This document shows positions 52,768-56,463 of a stretch of DNA of 56,463 nucleotides, in pieces. The translations under genes and the position numbers were made by a program. The DNA lies in the IMG/VR virus record IMGVR_UViG_3300025400_000023, positions 1 to 56,463 of that record; one strand, given 5' to 3'. The notes beneath the pieces were generated by a model, which saw only the letters and a program-made list of their open reading frames with translations, was not told the DNA's origin and made no database searches. Origin of the DNA: a virus. Taxonomy: Duplodnaviria; Caudoviricetes. Positions within the stretch are counted from its first letter, which is position 1; every line of letters starts with the position of its first letter.

Positions 52768-53548
52768 AAAGCCCCATGGTTAGGTGGTAGTCGTTACCGT
52801 CCTGCCCCAGGGTATCGCTTATCCAATACGGGAGCCCGGATTCACGGGCTATCCGCTCACCCGTACCACTTTTATCGTTATCGGCCACCACAACGCCGGA
52901 CCCGATAGATTTTGAAATTTTCAATAAATTGTGGGCCGAAAAGCATACATGTATTGTGTATTTTATTTTCCTATTTTTAAGAGCAAGCCTCACGCTCAGT
53001 GCTGTAGCGTAACCCTCACAATATATATGCTCTCCGCCATTATCAAATATAAACTCAGCCATGCTGGACCGCTGCCCGTATAGGAACTTTTTAGACCCAT
53101 GCTTATCGATCAGCTGGCATCCAACAAGCTGCTTTCCTACGCGCATTGGGATTACAAGCATATCACCCTCAGGACCGCGCCAGACATACCCGGATTCCTC
53201 CGGGAAACCCTTAAGCCTTAAATAATCATGCTTGGCCAATTGTGATTCACGCAAAATTGCGGCCGCGCGTTGTGCAGCCTCATGGTTTAACTTTGCCTGT
53301 TTCAGAGCCTCGTGCTTGGCCATATCCCTGAATCGCTCCCGCTCCACCCATTCGATTGACTCAGGCTTCCATGTTGCGACCTTCTCATCTAACGCATGAT
53401 TTTGCACAAACGCATGAGTACCCATGTACTTTACAGCGCCATTCCTGGATCTGGGATGATCGTCCGTTGGATACCTTTTCCAAACGCCAATCGGCGGCAT
53501 GGCATCTATGAGAATGCCTTGCGCTCGACAAAAACTAATCAAATCCAT
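52718..53548 (-). CDS. Toprim-domain primase
   Basis: HDYLRLKG, LVIPM, QLID..G.KKFL.G, CEGYATALS, VADND..G.G, DGND. Confidence 0.85.
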   Translation of the reverse strand: MDLISFCRAQGILIDAMPPIGVWKRYPTDDHPRSRNGAVKYMGTHAFVQNHALDEKVATWKPESIEWVERERFRDMAKHEALKQAKLNHEAAQRAAAILRESQLAKHDYLRLKGFPEESGYVWRGPEGDMLVIPMRVGKQLVGCQLIDKHGSKKFLYGQRSSMAEFIFDNGGEHIYCEGYATALSVRLALKNRKIKYTIHVCFSAHNLLKISKSIGSGVVVADNDKSGTGERIARESGLPYWISDTLGQDGNDYHLTMGLFRLSQGLAPLILKHRK

Positions 53549-55026
53549 TACCGCATTCTCCTCATTTGACGGATATATTTCCTGATACCCGCATCAATAA
53601 ACTGCTGCACCTTGGTGTCTGGCATGATCGCCTCGTCACTCAATCCCCTGGGCCAAACGCCAAACTTATCCTTGTAAGTATGCGCTGCCCGACCCTTGGA
53701 CCAACCCTGATTATCAATATACCAATTCAACATAGACCAAAACCGTTGCTTGTCTTCCCTGGTCACAATATTTCCCTGCAGCTCTTCTAATTCCCCCGGA
53801 ACAGAATCAATGTTGCTAAGCTTCTCCCTTACATGACCACAATTAGGACACGCATCCATATAACGAGGGAAATAAGCCTCACACTTTGGACACTTGGATT
53901 CAGTCTTCTCTTTTTCTGTAGGCTCAGGCTTTGGTTTCTCTGCGCCATCGTCCAACTCGTGAACGCCATTCTGATAAACCTCTTCCCATTCCTGCCGAAA
54001 CCTCAAATAATTACCTGAATGATCAAGCCAAAGCGCAAATTCCTTGCCCTCGCAGCCACGCATCACCCTCCCCATTTGCTGGATATGGGAGGACAAAGAC
54101 TTGGAAAAAGGCCTGGCCGACACGCCGATCATTACATCAGGAACATCAAACCCTTTGGTTAAGATATCCGTTGCAATAAGACCCACGATGTCTGTTTGTG
54201 GTTTACTGAATTCCGCAATAACTTCTTTTTTGTAGTCATCGTCATCGCGATAACTGATTGAAATAAAGTTAAAACCAGCCTCATTGAACTGCCGAGCCAG
54301 GTCAATGCCATGCTCAACACCAGAACAAAAGACTATCGTTTTTTTGGGTTCACCAAAAATATCGTGGGTTTTTTTGGTCCACTCTCTAACAATGTCCCCA
54401 GTGATCTGCTTTCCGCGCTTTGTAGTCTCAGCTGCCGACCATTCCCCCGCAATCTTTTTTGCTCCCTTCATGTCAATCTCTTTTGCAATAAAGACTTTAA
54501 GAGGGACCAATACTTCCTGGTTAACTAGCTGCTGGGTTGTTACCGTTGAAATGATATTCTGATAAATGTTTGCCAGACCTTTGGTGAAAGGAGTAGCCGT
54601 CAATCCAATCACTCGAACATCAGGATTGGCTTTGATAAACTCAACGGTCTGCTCTCGCGTTTGATGACATTCATCGACAATCAATAGATTTAATCCAGGA
54701 AATTGTTTTCTTTTTTCTAGCGTTTGTGCAGAACATATTTGAATATTCTCATAAGGCCTGTTACGCCAGTGCCCAGACTGCAAAACTCCATGATCAATGT
54801 CATAGTTATCTAACCTGGCACTGGTCTGGTCGCAAAGAACAACGCGGTCCAAAATCATCGCCGCTCTGTTGCCCTTTTTCCGAGTGGCCTCTAATAATGC
54901 AATGGCCATCTCTGTTTTACCCGCCCCCGTAGGGGCGTAGAGGACTTGCGTTCTATTGCCTTTTGCAAATCCTTTTCGTAAAGCATCAAGAGTTTCCTCC
55001 TGGTATGGTCTTAATTTTAGAGTCAT
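53548..55026 (-). CDS. superfamily 2 (DExH) helicase with zinc finger
   Basis: APTGAGKT, DECH, GLTATP, GFDVP, QQMGRVMR, CPKC..CPNCG. Confidence 0.92.
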   Translation of the reverse strand: MTLKLRPYQEETLDALRKGFAKGNRTQVLYAPTGAGKTEMAIALLEATRKKGNRAAMILDRVVLCDQTSARLDNYDIDHGVLQSGHWRNRPYENIQICSAQTLEKRKQFPGLNLLIVDECHQTREQTVEFIKANPDVRVIGLTATPFTKGLANIYQNIISTVTTQQLVNQEVLVPLKVFIAKEIDMKGAKKIAGEWSAAETTKRGKQITGDIVREWTKKTHDIFGEPKKTIVFCSGVEHGIDLARQFNEAGFNFISISYRDDDDYKKEVIAEFSKPQTDIVGLIATDILTKGFDVPDVMIGVSARPFSKSLSSHIQQMGRVMRGCEGKEFALWLDHSGNYLRFRQEWEEVYQNGVHELDDGAEKPKPEPTEKEKTESKCPKCEAYFPRYMDACPNCGHVREKLSNIDSVPGELEELQGNIVTREDKQRFWSMLNWYIDNQGWSKGRAAHTYKDKFGVWPRGLSDEAIMPDTKVQQFIDAGIRKYIRQMRRMR

Positions 55027-55835
55027 TGCTTCTTGATCTGTCTCTCAAGCATGGCAACTTGCTTTCTCAACTGCGATGCCTCACGCTGATATTTATCCAT
55101 ACCCGCCTTGAGCGCACGATTGTCAATCTGCAACAAACGAATCTCCTCTTTCAAACTATCAATCAACTGCTGAGCTTTTGCCTTGTCATCCTCATCACCC
55201 TCCATAAAAGCCAACGCAACTTTTTCTTTCAACTTCTCGTTCTCTTTTGTCAGGTAATCTATCGCAGCAAAGTTCTCGTCTTCCTTCGTATGCTCAAACT
55301 CTACAGGAATGATTTCTTTGGTTTCAACTTTAGGCTCTTCTTCTTTCTTAGGCTTCTTGGTAGTGGCCTTGCGAGTAAATGTCTTACCGTTACGCTTTAC
55401 TTCAATCGTGTCACCCTTCTTACCCTTGCGATGCTCGTTCACAAACCTCTGACTAACACGCAGTCTCTTGGCAATTTCAGTATCACTCAACAACTCAATC
55501 TCAAACTGCTCTAACCACAGAGCAAGAATCCTTCTCTTGTCTGCATTCGTAAAAGGCATTCCGTGATTGTTTGATTCACCAATGTAAAACAAATAATCAA
55601 CGTAAGTACCGTTACGAATGTCCTCGTCAATTCTAAATTTGTTTAGCTTCTTGTGAGCATAGTATCTGTGCCATCCGTCAGCCAGTAACAACTCCCCATC
55701 CACTCTGAATAAAACCACTGGAGCAAATACATCACCACGCTCCATGTCCTCCGCATACTGATCAACCTTGCTCTCAACAATATGTTCTCGTCCCTGAATA
55801 CTCTTTGCAATATTAATTTGATTTAGATTGATCAT
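55023..55835 (-). CDS. ParB/Srx-like N-terminal domain protein with HTH and coiled coil
   Basis: VDQYAEDM..G..F.PV...LADGWHRYYA; LSDTEIAKRLRVSQRFV. Confidence 0.8.
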   Translation of the reverse strand: MINLNQINIAKSIQGREHIVESKVDQYAEDMERGDVFAPVVLFRVDGELLLADGWHRYYAHKKLNKFRIDEDIRNGTYVDYLFYIGESNNHGMPFTNADKRRILALWLEQFEIELLSDTEIAKRLRVSQRFVNEHRKGKKGDTIEVKRNGKTFTRKATTKKPKKEEEPKVETKEIIPVEFEHTKEDENFAAIDYLTKENEKLKEKVALAFMEGDEDDKAKAQQLIDSLKEEIRLLQIDNRALKAGMDKYQREASQLRKQVAMLERQIKKQ

Positions 55836-55988
55836 TTACTTTCCTTGATTCATGGTCCAACCCAAAAGGAAATAACTCCACTTTGTATTGATGTTTGTGT
55901 TTGTATATTTATTACCGTTCCAAAGTTCAGAGATATCTCTTCCTTTCGTGGCCATGTAATTCTCAAATGCTGCTCTTGCTTGTTTCAT
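55836..55988 (-). CDS. 50-aa hypothetical protein
   Basis: Translated by hand: MKQARAAFENYMATKG...NTKWSYFLLGW. Confidence 0.65.
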   Translation of the reverse strand: MKQARAAFENYMATKGRDISELWNGNKYTNTNINTKWSYFLLGWTMNQGK

Positions 55989-56160
55989 TTTTTTTCCTTT
56001 CTTTCATCATTGCGTCTGCAAACTGATATGCCGCTTTTGCCGCATCCATTGGATATGCTCTGTTGTCGGGCATTATTACTGGTAAAGCAAGACCAGCAAA
56101 CCAGTCTCGCAAATCCATGCCGTGCTCTTGCGTATTGTGCGGATCTGCAAATGCTTTCAT
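55963..56160 (-). CDS. small protein, LRDYxA family
   Basis: GMDLRDWFAGLA...AYQFADAMMKER. Confidence 0.75.
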   Translation of the reverse strand: MKAFADPHNTQEHGMDLRDWFAGLALPVIMPDNRAYPMDAAKAAYQFADAMMKERKKNETSKSSI

Positions 56161-56396
56161 TTCTTCATTCCCCTTACAAATGCTGCGAACGATTGTGACG
56201 TATCACCAAAATTCTTTAACTTATCAAACTCTTGTGCCACCTCTTCAAGTACTTGGTTGCGCTTGAAGTTGTCGTAAGCAAGGTCAAAATATTTATTGGC
56301 CAGTCTCATCTCATCCCGCAAAGCCTCTTGTGTTTCAATGATTCTCTTTTGCTCACGCTCAATTCTCTCGAACTCTTCGTCTTCAGGTGTTTTCAT
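56157..56396 (-). CDS. hypothetical phage protein
   Basis: EDEEFERIE...RNQVLEEVA...SFAAFVRGMK. Confidence 0.75.
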   Translation of the reverse strand: MKTPEDEEFERIEREQKRIIETQEALRDEMRLANKYFDLAYDNFKRNQVLEEVAQEFDKLKNFGDTSQSFAAFVRGMKK

Positions 56397-56463
56397 CTTT
56401 CTCTCCCATAACTCTTAATCCCAAAAATAAAAAAAATGCAAACCAGTAGTGATCATTCATAAT

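Noticed and set aside
1-56463. Alternative genetic code (stop-codon reassignment)
   Set aside because: Standard code gives long intact genes with dense packing, and TAA, TGA and TAG all end genes

Overview
The window is a near-complete ~56.5 kb tailed dsDNA phage genome, probably podovirus-like with large internal (ejection) proteins. A two-component spanin implies a Gram-negative host; the gene content resembles uncultured freshwater Betaproteobacteria phages (inference). Layout: (i) 1-790 and 52.7-56.4 kb, leftward replication and small genes (ParB-like, SF2 helicase, Toprim primase); (ii) 790-1600, a structured non-coding control region; (iii) 1.9-6.4 kb, a rightward recombination/DNA-metabolism operon (PD-(D/E)XK exonuclease, ERF, SSB-like, Ref-like HNH, PAPS-reductase family); (iv) 6.4-49.2 kb, one long leftward morphogenesis and lysis block (terS, LexA-like HTH, terL, portal, GroES, scaffold, Mu-gpT-like major capsid, small basic/His-rich proteins, adaptors, three S74-chaperone fibres, lysis cassette with embedded Rz1 and GH19 endolysin, internal virion proteins including a 2214-aa polyvalent protein); (v) 49.3-52.7 kb, a rightward early-type cluster behind a near-consensus sigma70 promoter. 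I recognised no integrase, DNA/RNA polymerase, tRNA or CRISPR array. The most notable observations are a recurring x-x-G-G motif shared by about ten late proteins, plus a second shared C-terminal motif; a CI/C4-like antisense RNA architecture at 1294-1430; a pseudoknotted RNA after the capsid gene; a 21-bp palindrome present twice 47.6 kb apart; a probable AUU start codon; and strong local strand asymmetry around terS/terL. All family calls come from motif recognition, not from database searches.
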